Below are positions 20,287-30,339 of a stretch of DNA of 64,000 nt, in pieces. The notes beneath the pieces are model-generated. The model was not told the DNA's origin, did not search any database, and saw only the letters and a list, made by a program, of their open reading frames with translations. The position numbers were made by a program, and so were the translations under genes. The number at the start of each line of letters is the position of its first letter. The first letter of the stretch is position 1. Source of the stretch: an uncultured Methanosarcinales archaeon (GTDB lineage Archaea; Halobacteriota; Methanosarcinia; Methanotrichales; Methanotrichaceae); contig CAWJKV010000014.1 in assembly GCA_963843555.1 (NCBI GenBank), forward strand, positions 32,001 to 96,000, in the 5' to 3' direction.

Positions 20287-20716
20287 ATGGTGACATCAAT
20301 AGTGACCGGCAAAGAAGGTTTGCGAGGATTCAAAGATCGATGAGGATGCAATATGCAGCCTGGCGAGGCTCATCGGAGACACGGACAAAGCCCGAGCCAG
20401 GACCAGGAAGCTCGCCTCATTGATGAAGAATATCGAGATGGAAGGCCCGGAAGGAGAGGTCGATGTCTTCAAGGCGGCTGCCGACCCCTGCCGGCTCAGG
20501 ATTCTTAAGCTTCTCAAAGAAGGAGAACTCTGTGTCTGCGAGATCATGACCGCCCTTAAAAAACCTCAATCCTCCACCTCCCATCATTTGTCCATTTTGA
20601 GAGAGGCGGGACTTGTCAAAGAGCGCAGAGACGGCAAATGGTCCTATTATCGACTTGCGGATGGAGCGGTCAATGAGATGGTCAAACAGGCCGGAGCACT
20701 AAAGAAAAAACAATAA
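20287..20716 (+). CDS. arsR: ArsR repressor with N-terminal extension (apparent +1 frameshift near 20305)
   Basis: AAADPCRL, ELCVCEIM. The frame from 20306 reads PAKKVCEDS...RLIGDTDKA, homologous to RLIGDADKA of ArsR 33882, and joins ATG 20287 only if one base is removed. Confidence 0.8.
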
Positions 20717-20737
20717 AAATTTTTGAAGGATATAAAA

Positions 20738-21637
20738 ATGTTTTGGGAAGACTTAGCGGTAGCGGCGAATTTCTTCGTGGAAATCGCTGTAGAATTGATC
20801 GTTTTATTCATAGGCATAACCTTTCTCGTGGGGCTAATACAGGAGTACGTACCGGATGAGACCATAAAGAAGGTCCTTGGTGGGCAGCACAAAATTCTGG
20901 GCAGCATCCTTGGGGCTGGATTCGGCGCTCTTACGCCATTTTGTTCCTGCTCGACCATACCTCTCCTCCTGGGAATGCTCAACGCCGGCGTGCCCTTTGC
21001 ATCTGCAATGTCATTCTTGTTCGCTTCTCCGCTGCTGAACCCGGTGATAATATCATTGTTCGTCATTTTGATGGGATGGAAGATAACTGCGCTCTACTTT
21101 GCCGTCACCTTTGTGGGCGCAATTGCCATCGGTCTCTTGCTCGATAGCCTCGGCTTTGCCAGTCAGGTGAAATCCGTGGCCGCAGTACGAAGCTGCTGTG
21201 ACTGCCAGCAGGCAGCGGATGCGAAATCGAGGATACAACGCTCTGCTGCAAATGCATTCAGTTTATTCCGCCAACTCGTGCCCTATCTCCTGTTAGGCGC
21301 AGGCATTGGTGCATTCATTCATGGATTCGTTCCTACGGAGATCATCACCCGCTTCGCAGGGCCGGACAATCCCTTGGCCGTTCCTGTGGCCGCTCTCATA
21401 GGCATTCCCATCTACATCCGGGCCGAGACCATGATCCCCATCGGCCTGGTCCTCACGGAGAAAGGCATGAGCGTGGGGGCCGTCCTGGCACTGGTTATCG
21501 GCGGAGCGGGGGCGAGCATCCCTGAGCTGACGCTTCTATCGGCCATATTCGAGAAGAAGCTGCTGGCAGCCTTCGTGCTTACTATCTTCAGCATAGCGGT
21601 GGCTGCGGGATATCTGGCCAATTTGCTGGTAGCTTAG
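20738..21637 (+). CDS. Second ArsP/DUF318-family permease
   Basis: LTPFCSCSTIP, FLFASPLLNP, PIYIRAET, GAGASIPE; internal SCCDC loop. Confidence 0.88.
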   Translation: MFWEDLAVAANFFVEIAVELIVLFIGITFLVGLIQEYVPDETIKKVLGGQHKILGSILGAGFGALTPFCSCSTIPLLLGMLNAGVPFASAMSFLFASPLLNPVIISLFVILMGWKITALYFAVTFVGAIAIGLLLDSLGFASQVKSVAAVRSCCDCQQAADAKSRIQRSAANAFSLFRQLVPYLLLGAGIGAFIHGFVPTEIITRFAGPDNPLAVPVAALIGIPIYIRAETMIPIGLVLTEKGMSVGAVLALVIGGAGASIPELTLLSAIFEKKLLAAFVLTIFSIAVAAGYLANLLVA

Positions 21638-21745
21638 GTAAGAAATGCGACGATATTTCGCCAATGATGCCTGCTGGTGTCAGAAGGCGAAATAACTTCC
21701 TTTTATGAGTGAATATTTTCCGATGCTTCGAGCCATAACATTCAT

Positions 21746-21765
21746 ATATGCACATTTGCACATGT
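21746..21765. promoter_or_regulatory. ATATG-N10-CATRT operator upstream of acr3
   Basis: ttcatATATG cacatttgca CATGT. Confidence 0.6.
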
Positions 21766-21948
21766 ATAAGAAAAAGGCCAAAAGCTAAATGGCAATGGCA
21801 GATGCATGATGAAATTCGGGCTCATTTGGGGAAACATGGACGGGTCTCTAAGCAAATCGTCGCAGAGGAGTTTCCTTGATGATCGCGCCAATAATTATAC
21901 GGCATGTTATGCCCCAACTCATTGGAATAGTTAAAAGAGGTCTTAATC

Positions 21949-23046
21949 GTGAACTCAAATAAAAAACTCTCATTCCTGGATACATATCTGACCCTTTGGA
22001 TATTTTTAGCCATGGCTCTTGGCATTGCATTAGGGTATTTCTTTCCAGCCGTTCCGAAGGCGATCACAGGGCTTTCCATTGGCACTACATCAATACCTAT
22101 TGCCATTGGATTGATCCTTATGATGTACCCTCCATTAGCGAAAGTCAGATATGAAGAACTCGGAAGAGTCTTCAAGGATACAAAGGTTCTGGGTCTTTCG
22201 CTTGTGCAAAACTGGATTGTCGGTCCCGTGCTCATGTTTGTCTTGGCGGTGATCTTCCTCCAAGACTATCCCCATTACATGTATGGTCTGATACTGGTTG
22301 GGCTGGCCAGGTGCATCGCCATGGTGATAGTCTGGAACGATCTGGCGGGCGGAGACTGTGAGTACTGTGCTTCCATCGTGGGTTTGAACTCTGTCTTCCA
22401 GGTTTTCTTCTACTCCATATATGCCTATATTTTCCTAACCGTACTGCCTTCAGCGTTGGGCATCGCTGAAGGAGTCGCAGTCAATGTGACCATGGGCGAG
22501 ATCGCAAAGAGCGTTTTCATCTATCTGGGCATACCATTCATTGCTGGTATTATCACCAGATACGTGTTGATCAGATCCAGAGGAAAGAGCTGGTACGAGA
22601 ACAAATTCATCCCTCGAATATCACCTATTACCCTCATTGCTCTGCTTTTCACCATCGTGGTGATGTTCTCGCTAAAAGGGGAGTATATTGTAGGGGTCCC
22701 ACTGGACGTAGTGAGAATCGCCATACCACTGACCATATACTTCGCATTGATGTTTTTCATAAGCTTTTACATGGCATACAAATCGGGAATCGATTACCAA
22801 AGAAGTACCAGTCTTTCATTCACCGCTGCCTCCAACAATTTTGAGCTGGCCATTGCTGTGGCAATAGGTGTCTTTGGCATAAGTTCCGGCGAAGCATTCG
22901 CAACAGTTATCGGACCTCTCGTGGAGGTGCCAGTAATGATCTTACTGGTCAGAGTAGCCCTATATTTGAAGGAGCGGTGGTATAAAAACAGAGAAGATGC
23001 GAGCTGCAATCTTGCTGCAAAATGCAAATCAATGGAGGTTAATTAA
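21949..23046 (+). CDS. acr3: Acr3 arsenite efflux pump
   Basis: [43 protein letters not shown]. Confidence 0.95.
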   Translation: MNSNKKLSFLDTYLTLWIFLAMALGIALGYFFPAVPKAITGLSIGTTSIPIAIGLILMMYPPLAKVRYEELGRVFKDTKVLGLSLVQNWIVGPVLMFVLAVIFLQDYPHYMYGLILVGLARCIAMVIVWNDLAGGDCEYCASIVGLNSVFQVFFYSIYAYIFLTVLPSALGIAEGVAVNVTMGEIAKSVFIYLGIPFIAGIITRYVLIRSRGKSWYENKFIPRISPITLIALLFTIVVMFSLKGEYIVGVPLDVVRIAIPLTIYFALMFFISFYMAYKSGIDYQRSTSLSFTAASNNFELAIAVAIGVFGISSGEAFATVIGPLVEVPVMILLVRVALYLKERWYKNREDASCNLAAKCKSMEVN

Positions 23047-23072
23047 TCCTAAGTCGACTCCGGCCACAACAT

Positions 23073-23100
23073 TCATATATGCGCATTCTCACATATATGA
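23073..23100. promoter_or_regulatory. Perfect TCATATATG-N10-CATATATGA operator
   Basis: 9-bp perfect inverted repeat inside an ~87-bp segment (23063-23150) that duplicates 21732-21818. Confidence 0.7.
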
Positions 23101-23202
23101 TGAAGAGACCAAAAGCTCAACTGCAATCGCCGAATGCGTGATAAAATTCGTGCCCTTGCGAAAACACTGCCTGTAGCTCCAATCAAATTGGAAAGAGGAG
23201 CA

Positions 23203-23469
23203 ATGAAAATGAACGAAAACACAAAAGAACTCGTTGCCATTGGGGCGTCTTTAGCCGCTCATTGTCAACCCTGCCTGACCTTTCATGTCGACAAGGCTAG
23301 AAAACTTGGAATTGGAGAAGATGAGATCAATGAAGCCATCGCTGTGGGGCGCATGATCCGGAAAGGGGCCATGTCGGCCATGGACAGGTTTGCCGAAAGC
23401 GTTGTTGCAGCTCCGGAAAACAAACCTTCCCCATGTTGCGACAATGCTGCGGGCAATTGCTGCAGTTAA
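23203..23469 (+). CDS. AhpD/carboxymuconolactone decarboxylase-like protein
   Basis: KELVAIGASLAAHCQPCLTFH; tail SPCC...NCCS; GAGGAG RBS. Confidence 0.85.
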   Translation: MKMNENTKELVAIGASLAAHCQPCLTFHVDKARKLGIGEDEINEAIAVGRMIRKGAMSAMDRFAESVVAAPENKPSPCCDNAAGNCCS

Positions 23470-23490
23470 CAGTAAGGAGGAGATAACACC

Positions 23491-24126
23491 ATGAAGAATG
23501 ACAATCGGGAGCCTACTTCATCTGCAAATCAGGCTGAAAGAGCATCAGAATGCGGACCGGGATGCAATTGCGGGGGAACCAGAATCGGCACAAAGGGCAA
23601 GGTGATCATTTGTCTGGTTGTCGCCATTGCTGCCGTAATCGTTTTGGCGAATAGCGTTATGCAGAAAGCGGAAACGGGCGCTGATGGGGGATTAAATGCA
23701 TTCACCCTAAACGTGCTGGCAGCCAAGAACGACACGGCCGAAAATACGAGTGAAGCGAATTGGGATGAGCCACTGGTATCGCTTGCATCCATCAGAGATT
23801 TGAGTTCCCAGAAAGACGCGTTCTTCATTTATCTGCCCGCCAAGGGTCAGAGCCCTAATGAAACTGTCAAGAAAGAAATCGAAGCCACAGCAGAGAAGGC
23901 GCAATCACAGGGAACAAGGATGGCAGTATTCGTACTGGATGAAGGCTCTCAGGATTATGCCCAGTTGACCAGTCAAGTGCCTGTTCCATGCGTGCTGGCA
24001 GCGATCAACGGAACTGGCAAAATCGCTGCCACCACTAAAATATCGGAAGCGGATCTGCTGCAATCTCTCGTGACGGCATCGCGACCATCAGGCTGCGCTC
24101 CAGGGGGCTGTGCTGTGCCATGCTAA
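23491..24126 (+). CDS. Single-pass membrane protein with Cys-rich ends
   Basis: CGPGCNC before the TM helix; VPC; C-terminal GCAPGGCAVPC. Confidence 0.7.
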   Translation: MKNDNREPTSSANQAERASECGPGCNCGGTRIGTKGKVIICLVVAIAAVIVLANSVMQKAETGADGGLNAFTLNVLAAKNDTAENTSEANWDEPLVSLASIRDLSSQKDAFFIYLPAKGQSPNETVKKEIEATAEKAQSQGTRMAVFVLDEGSQDYAQLTSQVPVPCVLAAINGTGKIAATTKISEADLLQSLVTASRPSGCAPGGCAVPC

Positions 24127-24144
24127 TAATTAGGAGGGATCTGA

Positions 24145-24861
24145 TTGGACTGGCTTCTATATCCTGCTGAATGGGCCAAGACCGCGCTAGAACAGGCAGG
24201 AATGGGCCCGATGGCACTGCCTTTGGCCTTTCTTTTGGGCCTGGCCAGCGCAGTGGCAAGCACCTGTTGCACCTTACCGGTGTTTGGCGCCATCGTCGGA
24301 TACGCCGGAATGCAAGAGGCAAACGATCGGCGCTCCAATCTGCTTGGTGCTTTCTTCTTCATGCTCGGCTCGATCATAGCTCTGCTGATTTTCGGGAGTG
24401 TCGCCGGGCTGATCGGTCAGGTCGCCCAGAGCGTCCTTGGAAATTACTGGAAGGTTTTCGCGGGAGTTGTTGCCATCATCGTCGGGCTCGGTGCCCTGAA
24501 TCTCCTTCCTCTCAAGATCCCAGGGATAAAGAACAGGGCAATAGAAACTCGAAAACGAGGATTTCTGGGAGCAGCGGCAGTCGGACTCATCATAGGCGGA
24601 GCGGTGAGCGTATGCTCTTTGGGCTGCAATCCCGGGATTTTCATCATCCTGGGTGTCGCTGTACTGCAGGGATATACGCTCTGGATGTTCGGCATTCTGG
24701 GTGCTTACGCTGTCGGCTTCAGCCTGCCTTTAGCTGCACTCATGCTGGGTGTAACTCTTGGCAAATCAGCTATAGGATTTAAAAAAGCGGACAGTGCGAT
24801 CCGACTTGTGGCAGGAGTCGTTTTGATCACGGTAGGCTTCTATTTCCTCAGCACGTTTTGA
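24145..24861 (+). CDS. CcdA/DsbD-beta-like transmembrane electron transporter
   Basis: About 6 TM helices; STCCTLP and CSLGCNP at the two CcdA redox positions; YAVGFSLP. Confidence 0.8.
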   Translation: MDWLLYPAEWAKTALEQAGMGPMALPLAFLLGLASAVASTCCTLPVFGAIVGYAGMQEANDRRSNLLGAFFFMLGSIIALLIFGSVAGLIGQVAQSVLGNYWKVFAGVVAIIVGLGALNLLPLKIPGIKNRAIETRKRGFLGAAAVGLIIGGAVSVCSLGCNPGIFIILGVAVLQGYTLWMFGILGAYAVGFSLPLAALMLGVTLGKSAIGFKKADSAIRLVAGVVLITVGFYFLSTF

Positions 24862-24880
24862 ATAAGGAAGTGAAAATTAC

Positions 24881-25637
24881 ATGAAGAGCAGAATCGAAGC
24901 GGATCGAATAGAAAAATCTAATTATTCAAGCATTAAGCTGGGAAGTCTCTTAATTGTCCTGATACTCGTCATGGGCTTGGTCGATGCGGCAAAGATCACA
25001 GTAGGCCCATTGGATGAAGATTACCCGCAGATCCAGAAGGCCATCGATAACTCAAGCAATGGAGATGTCATTGAAGTTCATAGCGGAACATATCGGGAAA
25101 GGGTCAAAGTTGTCAAAGCTGTAAGCTTATTGGGCCTTGACACTGGCGATGGCTTGCCAGTGATAAATGCATCAGGATCGAGCAACTCGATAACCCTGAT
25201 GGCGAATGGATCTACAGTCAAGGGATTCAATCTCACCGGATCTGGCCACTGCGGATGCGGAAGTGCGGGGATACAGGTGGTATCCAGCAATAACATGGTC
25301 CTCGATAATATCATCTATAAGAATAAGTACGGGATATATGTAAAACCGGAGAATTTCAATAACACTTTTGTATCCAACCTCCTCCTGCAAAATGAGATCT
25401 CAGCCTATGACCCGGGCAATAATTCATGGAGTAGCAGCCCAAAGGCGGAAGGGCTGCAAAAATTAGTAGAGTTGGTGGTTGGAAAGCAGATGAAGGGCAA
25501 TCATTATAGCGATTACGATGAGCCGGATGAAGGCTGCAACGACACCAATGAAGGATGGATTTTGCGATATGCCCAGGAAGATAGATGGTGGAAATTCGGT
25601 CGATCTATATCCATCATTCTCTAAAGGGAACTCCTGA
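24881..25637 (+). CDS. Secreted NosD-like parallel beta-helix protein with CxC (apparent +1 frameshift at 25550)
   Basis: YPQIQKAID...GDVIEV.SGTY.E; GHCGCG; GNHYSD. Removing G25550 gives KDGFCDMPRKIDGGNSVDLYP, matching the paralogue. Confidence 0.8.
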
Positions 25638-25661
25638 ACTACAAGGAAGTGAAAAAATTTC

Positions 25662-26168
25662 ATGAAAGCAGAGGAAACTGGAAAGAAGAAGGGACTGCTC
25701 GGCTCCATCCTGAAAACTATAACCGGAGCCGGCAGTTGTTGCGCACCTGGAAACGATTGTTGCAGTCCGAAAGACGCAAATGCAACCGTTGAAACCGAGT
25801 ATCATGGAGAGAGGGAAATATTGATAAAAATCTATGATCCGCCAATGTGCTGCTCCAGCGGCGTCTGCGGGCCAAATGTGAACAGCGCGCTGGTGGAATT
25901 TTCCGGCGCATTGAAATCGCTTGCTGAGCAGGGAATTGGCTTTGAACGCTGGAATCTATCCCAGCAACCGCAGGCATTTGCAGAAAATTTGCAGGTGAAG
26001 GTGCTACTGACCAAACTTGGCAAGGATGCACTGCCTTTTATCTTCGTTAACGACGAACTCAAGATAACTGGGCGTTATCCAAAGTCTGAAGAGCTCTTTG
26101 CCTTGTTGGGAATTGACGATAAGACTGTGAGATCCGAGGTTTGCTGTGCAGAAGGATGCTGCAAATGA
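25662..26168 (+). CDS. arsD: ArsD arsenite metallochaperone with extra Cys-rich N-terminus
   Basis: IYDPPMCCSSGVCGP, RWNLSQQPQAF, GRYP; extra CCAPGNDCC and CCAEGCC. Confidence 0.9.
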   Translation: MKAEETGKKKGLLGSILKTITGAGSCCAPGNDCCSPKDANATVETEYHGEREILIKIYDPPMCCSSGVCGPNVNSALVEFSGALKSLAEQGIGFERWNLSQQPQAFAENLQVKVLLTKLGKDALPFIFVNDELKITGRYPKSEELFALLGIDDKTVRSEVCCAEGCCK

Positions 26169-27922
26169 AAGAGCTAATTGCAGGCGTCCCCCGATTTCTA
26201 TTTTTCACCGGAAAGGGTGGTGTCGGGAAAACATCCATGTCCTGTGTCGTCTCCTTCGCGCTGGCCGATCAAGGAAAACGGGTTTTGTTGATCAGCACCG
26301 ACCCGGCATCAAACCTGGACGAGGTGCTGGAAACGCCCCTCACCGGTCGGCCCACACCGATCAATGGCCAGCCGGGCCTGTGGGCTATGAATATCGATCC
26401 GGTTCAGGCTGCCGCCGAATATCGGGAAAGGATTGTAGGACCTTACCGGGGGGTATTGCCGGAGGATGCAGTGCAATCCATCGAAGAACAACTATCAGGA
26501 GCCTGCACGGTTGAGATCGCTGCCTTCAATGAATTCACCCGGTTCATCGGCGATGACAAGGCCGCCAGGGACTACGATCATGTTGTCCTCGATACAGCGC
26601 CCACGGGCCACACATTAAGACTGCTCAGCCTGCCTGCTGCATGGAACGATTTCGTGATCGCTAATACCAGCGGCAGCTCCTGCCTCGGTCCTCTTTCCGG
26701 CCTCAAGGATCAACGTCTCATTTATGAGGCAGCGGTGAAGTCGCTCACAAATTATCAAAAGACGCTTCTTATTCTGGTCGCCAGAGCCGAAGAGATCACA
26801 CTCAGAGAAGCCGCCCGTGCCAGTGCGGAGCTCTATCTAATAGGAATGAAGAATCAGCACCTGATTATCAACGGTCTTTTTCAAACCAAATCATCAGACC
26901 CTGTTGCCGAAGCATTTTCCCGCAAAGCCGAAGAGGCCATGGCCTGCATGCCGGAGCGGTTGGCACGGCTGCCGCGTACTGTATTCGGCAACAATCCGCA
27001 GGGCTTGACAGGTATCAAAGCCATTCGAGATGCCGTTCAAGGCAAACCTGTCATCTGCGCCCCGGATGTTGTGGAGAAACTGCGAACAGGCAGAAGTCAT
27101 CTCCTGTCCCAGACGGGACGATGGAAAGAACTGCTGGATAGCCTGGAGGAGCGCGGGACAGGGCTCATTATGACCATGGGCAAAGGCGGCGTCGGGAAGA
27201 CCTCGATAGCTGTTGCCATAGCCAGAGAACTGGCCAATCGCGGGCATCCGGTCCATCTGTCCACCACCGATCCCGCCGCTCACATTGAGGATATGCTGGA
27301 TCGACCGCTCCCCAATCTTCAGGTCAGTCGAATTGACCCCAAAGAAGAAAACCGCAAGTATGTCAAGAACATTCTTGAAGGGAAGAAAGGATCGTTATCG
27401 GACGAAGATATGGCTTTGCTGGAGGAAGAACTTCGCTCTCCTTGTATCGAAGAGATCGCCGTTTTTCGAGCATTTGCCCATGCTGTAGCCCTGGGACAGG
27501 ATAACTTTGTAGTTCTGGATACCGCTCCGACCGGCCACACCTTGCTCCTGCTGGACGCCACTCAATCCTATCACCGCGAAGTGGCAAAGAATTCTGATGG
27601 TGTTGCCGATGATGTGTTAGAACTTCTGCCGCGTTTACGTGACCCGGAATTTACCAAAATTCTTCTGGTGACGCTGCCTGAGGCGACGCCTGTTCACGAG
27701 GCAGCGCGCCTGCAGGATGATCTTCGACGGGCGCAAATTGAGCCCTTCGCCTGGATCATCAACCAGAGTTTCGCCTTATCCGGAACCACCGACACGCTTC
27801 TTGCAGCTCGCGGCGTTAATGAATTGAAATACATTGATGAAGTAGCTTCGAAGCTCGCCAAAAACGTGGTCATTTTATCATGGCGACCCGACGAAATCAA
27901 AGGTGTTGAACCTGGGGATTGA
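26165..27922 (+). CDS. arsA: ArsA arsenite-stimulated ATPase
   Basis: Two GKGGVGKT and two DTAPTGH; metalloid Cys in GACT, SCLGP and SPC; ATGA overlap with the arsD stop. Confidence 0.96.
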   Translation: MKELIAGVPRFLFFTGKGGVGKTSMSCVVSFALADQGKRVLLISTDPASNLDEVLETPLTGRPTPINGQPGLWAMNIDPVQAAAEYRERIVGPYRGVLPEDAVQSIEEQLSGACTVEIAAFNEFTRFIGDDKAARDYDHVVLDTAPTGHTLRLLSLPAAWNDFVIANTSGSSCLGPLSGLKDQRLIYEAAVKSLTNYQKTLLILVARAEEITLREAARASAELYLIGMKNQHLIINGLFQTKSSDPVAEAFSRKAEEAMACMPERLARLPRTVFGNNPQGLTGIKAIRDAVQGKPVICAPDVVEKLRTGRSHLLSQTGRWKELLDSLEERGTGLIMTMGKGGVGKTSIAVAIARELANRGHPVHLSTTDPAAHIEDMLDRPLPNLQVSRIDPKEENRKYVKNILEGKKGSLSDEDMALLEEELRSPCIEEIAVFRAFAHAVALGQDNFVVLDTAPTGHTLLLLDATQSYHREVAKNSDGVADDVLELLPRLRDPEFTKILLVTLPEATPVHEAARLQDDLRRAQIEPFAWIINQSFALSGTTDTLLAARGVNELKYIDEVASKLAKNVVILSWRPDEIKGVEPGD

Positions 27923-28022
27923 AAGTTTCATGATAAAATTGCCCTTGAAATGAAATGCCGATTCAATGGAGTTGTCAAGAAGGTAAGGAAGTGCTTGGAT
28001 CCAAGAATCCAGGAGGAATGTA

Positions 28023-28925
28023 ATGAGTTTACCAAAATCAAAGCTGGTGCTGATTTCCATAATCTGCGCGGCCTTATTAGCGGCCATGGCCCTGTTTTAC
28101 TTTACGGATGAAGGAAGCAAGGCGTCAGAGAACATTAAGGTTGTTGAAGATTCCAAGACGGCTCAGAATGCCGTTCCTGTAGACCAGGCAAGCGTGGTGA
28201 AGAGCGACGGGGCTAAACCGATTCTTGTGCCATTGGACAAGGTCAAAGATGCGGATATTCTCCTGGACGTGAGCGAGGATTCCAAAACGCATATCCCAGG
28301 CTCTGTGGTCATTCCCTACACGGAATTCGACATACGAGCGGGTGTTGTAAAGCCCGTTTCTGAAATCGCCAGGATTCTCGGAGACGCCGGAATCTCTCGT
28401 GAGGATTCAGTCTTGATCTACGGCGAATGCCTGCCCTGCGGCGGCGGTCCGTCCGTAGCGACTTACGTCTATTGGATTATGAAGAGTCTGGGTCATGAGA
28501 AGGTTTTGGTTCTCAATGGAACGGTTGAAGATTGGGAGGCAATGGGACGCGATAGTACGAAAGACGCCCGAAAACTCCCTGGCAAAGTCTACACTCCTGC
28601 AGAAACGGCAAATTACACTGCAACCTATCAGTTCGTAAAAAGCGACCAGGCGCAGATTGTTGACGCCAGGACCTTGCAGGAGTTTATGGCCCAAACCATA
28701 CCGGGATCGATCAGCATACCCTATGAAAGCGTGCTGGACGGGAAAAAGATCAAAAGCATGGACGAGTTGAATAAGGTTTTCGCGGCGTTGGACAAAGATA
28801 AGCCGGTGGCGGTTTTCACTTACACGGGTATGAAGGCCTCTGTGGTTTGGTTTGCCCTGAAGATGATGGGATATGATGCCAGGCTCTACAGCTACAAGGA
28901 TTGGATGGAAAATGAACAATCTTAA
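28023..28925 (+). CDS. Membrane-anchored tandem rhodanese-fold protein with CLPC loop
   Basis: Close paralogue of 16970 (similar start region, GECLPCGGGPS, VFTYTGMKAS) lacking the Cys-containing linker. Confidence 0.85.
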   Translation: MSLPKSKLVLISIICAALLAAMALFYFTDEGSKASENIKVVEDSKTAQNAVPVDQASVVKSDGAKPILVPLDKVKDADILLDVSEDSKTHIPGSVVIPYTEFDIRAGVVKPVSEIARILGDAGISREDSVLIYGECLPCGGGPSVATYVYWIMKSLGHEKVLVLNGTVEDWEAMGRDSTKDARKLPGKVYTPAETANYTATYQFVKSDQAQIVDARTLQEFMAQTIPGSISIPYESVLDGKKIKSMDELNKVFAALDKDKPVAVFTYTGMKASVVWFALKMMGYDARLYSYKDWMENEQS

Positions 28926-28949
28926 AAGATATTACATCTCGATCCTGCT

Positions 28950-29312
28950 CTATTCAGATCTAAATACGGAAGCTGTATTCTGAGCTCCACAAGTTTTCTT
29001 TTTAGCCAGATCTTCCATAGACGACAGTTCGGTGCACAAGGACTCACAAAGACTTTGGAATAGGCTCGCTTCTACTTTATTTCCGGGATCACTTAGGGTA
29101 TAGTATATCCATAAACCCTCCCGCCTGGACTTCAAAAGGCCTGCACGACGCAGGATAGCAAGATGACGGGAAGCCTTTGTCTGCGAGATGCCCAGAGCGG
29201 CCTCGATTTGACAGACGCAAAACTCCCTCTTGTAAAGCAAGACTATGAGCCTCAGTCGCGTTTCATCGGAGAGTGCCTTAAATAACTCAACGTATTGTTC
29301 CGTTTGGTTCAT
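28950..29312 (-). CDS. arsR: ArsR repressor
   Basis: FKALSDETRL, EFCVCQI, SQTKASRHL. Confidence 0.9.
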   Translation of the reverse strand: MNQTEQYVELFKALSDETRLRLIVLLYKREFCVCQIEAALGISQTKASRHLAILRRAGLLKSRREGLWIYYTLSDPGNKVEASLFQSLCESLCTELSSMEDLAKKKTCGAQNTASVFRSE

Positions 29313-29318
29313 CTATTT

Positions 29319-29338
29319 ACATGCAAATATGCGCATAT
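29319..29338. promoter_or_regulatory. ATATG-N10-CATRT operator at the arsR(29312) promoter
   Basis: Minus strand ttcatATATG cgcatatttg CATGT, 6 nt before the ATG. Confidence 0.65.
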
Positions 29339-29392
29339 ATGAAGCTTTTGGCGTTTTGAAGACGCATTCTCTGTTGGATTCCAGACTCATCT

Positions 29393-29841
29393 TTATTTCC
29401 TAAACGTATGTGATATCCAATCCTTTATCTCATCCCTCACTTGCCGGAAGACCTCAAGCTGCTCCTCCTCAGAGCCTGTGGCCAGGGCAGGATCCTCGAA
29501 GCTTCAGTGAATGACTTCTCTTGCTTTAGGAAATTTGTAGGAAGCTCAAACTCTGTGCTGCAGATCGGGCAGGCCTGTTTGGCCCGGTTGCAGACAGTGA
29601 CTGCCAGTTCAAATACTGTATCCTGAAATTCCATTGAAGACTTGGATTGCTGACCAGAGATATCGATGCCGATTTCCAACATGACCTGCACGGCGCGAGG
29701 ATCGACCGATGCGGCCTCGACTCCGGCGCTGTAAGCCTGGTATCGATCGCCGTACATGGCCCGCAAGAGGCCTTCGGCCATCTGGGAGCGGGCGGAGTTG
29801 TTAGTGCAGAGAACGAGAACCTTCTTCTTATCCTGGTGCAT
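29393..29841 (-). pseudogene. arsC: Thioredoxin-type arsenate reductase ArsC, disrupted
   Basis: LCTNNSARSQMAEG, TVC, ACP. Frameshift near 29530, then H-TGA-SFEDP (29504-29506) and FRQVRDEI in the corrected frame. Confidence 0.85.
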
Positions 29842-29974
29842 CGCAAGGGATGTCATCCATGTCTCAATGCTCATCAAAATAGATCAGCATTTTGCCCGTT
29901 CTGTTGCAGGAGGATTTTTGCAGTATTCTGGAGGCAGGTTACATTGAAATCCTTCCTTGCATAGACTATTGCAG

Positions 29975-30271
29975 ATGACCTGTGACGAGCAGGAGCTTTA
30001 TGATATCTTGCAAGAGATCGAGGCGCTCTGCACAATGCACGAGCGAATTACGCAGTCCTCCAAGTGCCGGGAGTTCAACCACCGCGCTGCCCTGCTGCTG
30101 CAAAGACTGGAAGACTCTGAATGCGATCGTCTGGCGGATAGGACCATGGACCTTCTGGCATCCTGCAATCCCAAAGACCTCTCTCAATGTGACAGCATCC
30201 AGCGTGCCAGGGATGTTCTGCAGAGGCTGAGGGAGATGGCCAGAGAGAACTTGAAAGAAGAAAAAGATTGA
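29975..30271 (+). CDS. Small helical Cys-containing hypothetical protein
   Basis: Six Cys; divergent from arsC. Confidence 0.6.
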   Translation: MTCDEQELYDILQEIEALCTMHERITQSSKCREFNHRAALLLQRLEDSECDRLADRTMDLLASCNPKDLSQCDSIQRARDVLQRLREMARENLKEEKD

Positions 30272-30339
30272 AGAAACCAAATATCGTCTCTCGGCCCACT
30301 TGTCATTCAGGCGTTCTCTGCGTTTCCTGTTGTTATAGT

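Noticed and set aside
29504..29506. In-frame TGA in arsC as selenocysteine
   Set aside because: It falls at a Trp position, not a Cys position, follows a frameshift, and no Sec machinery is in the window.
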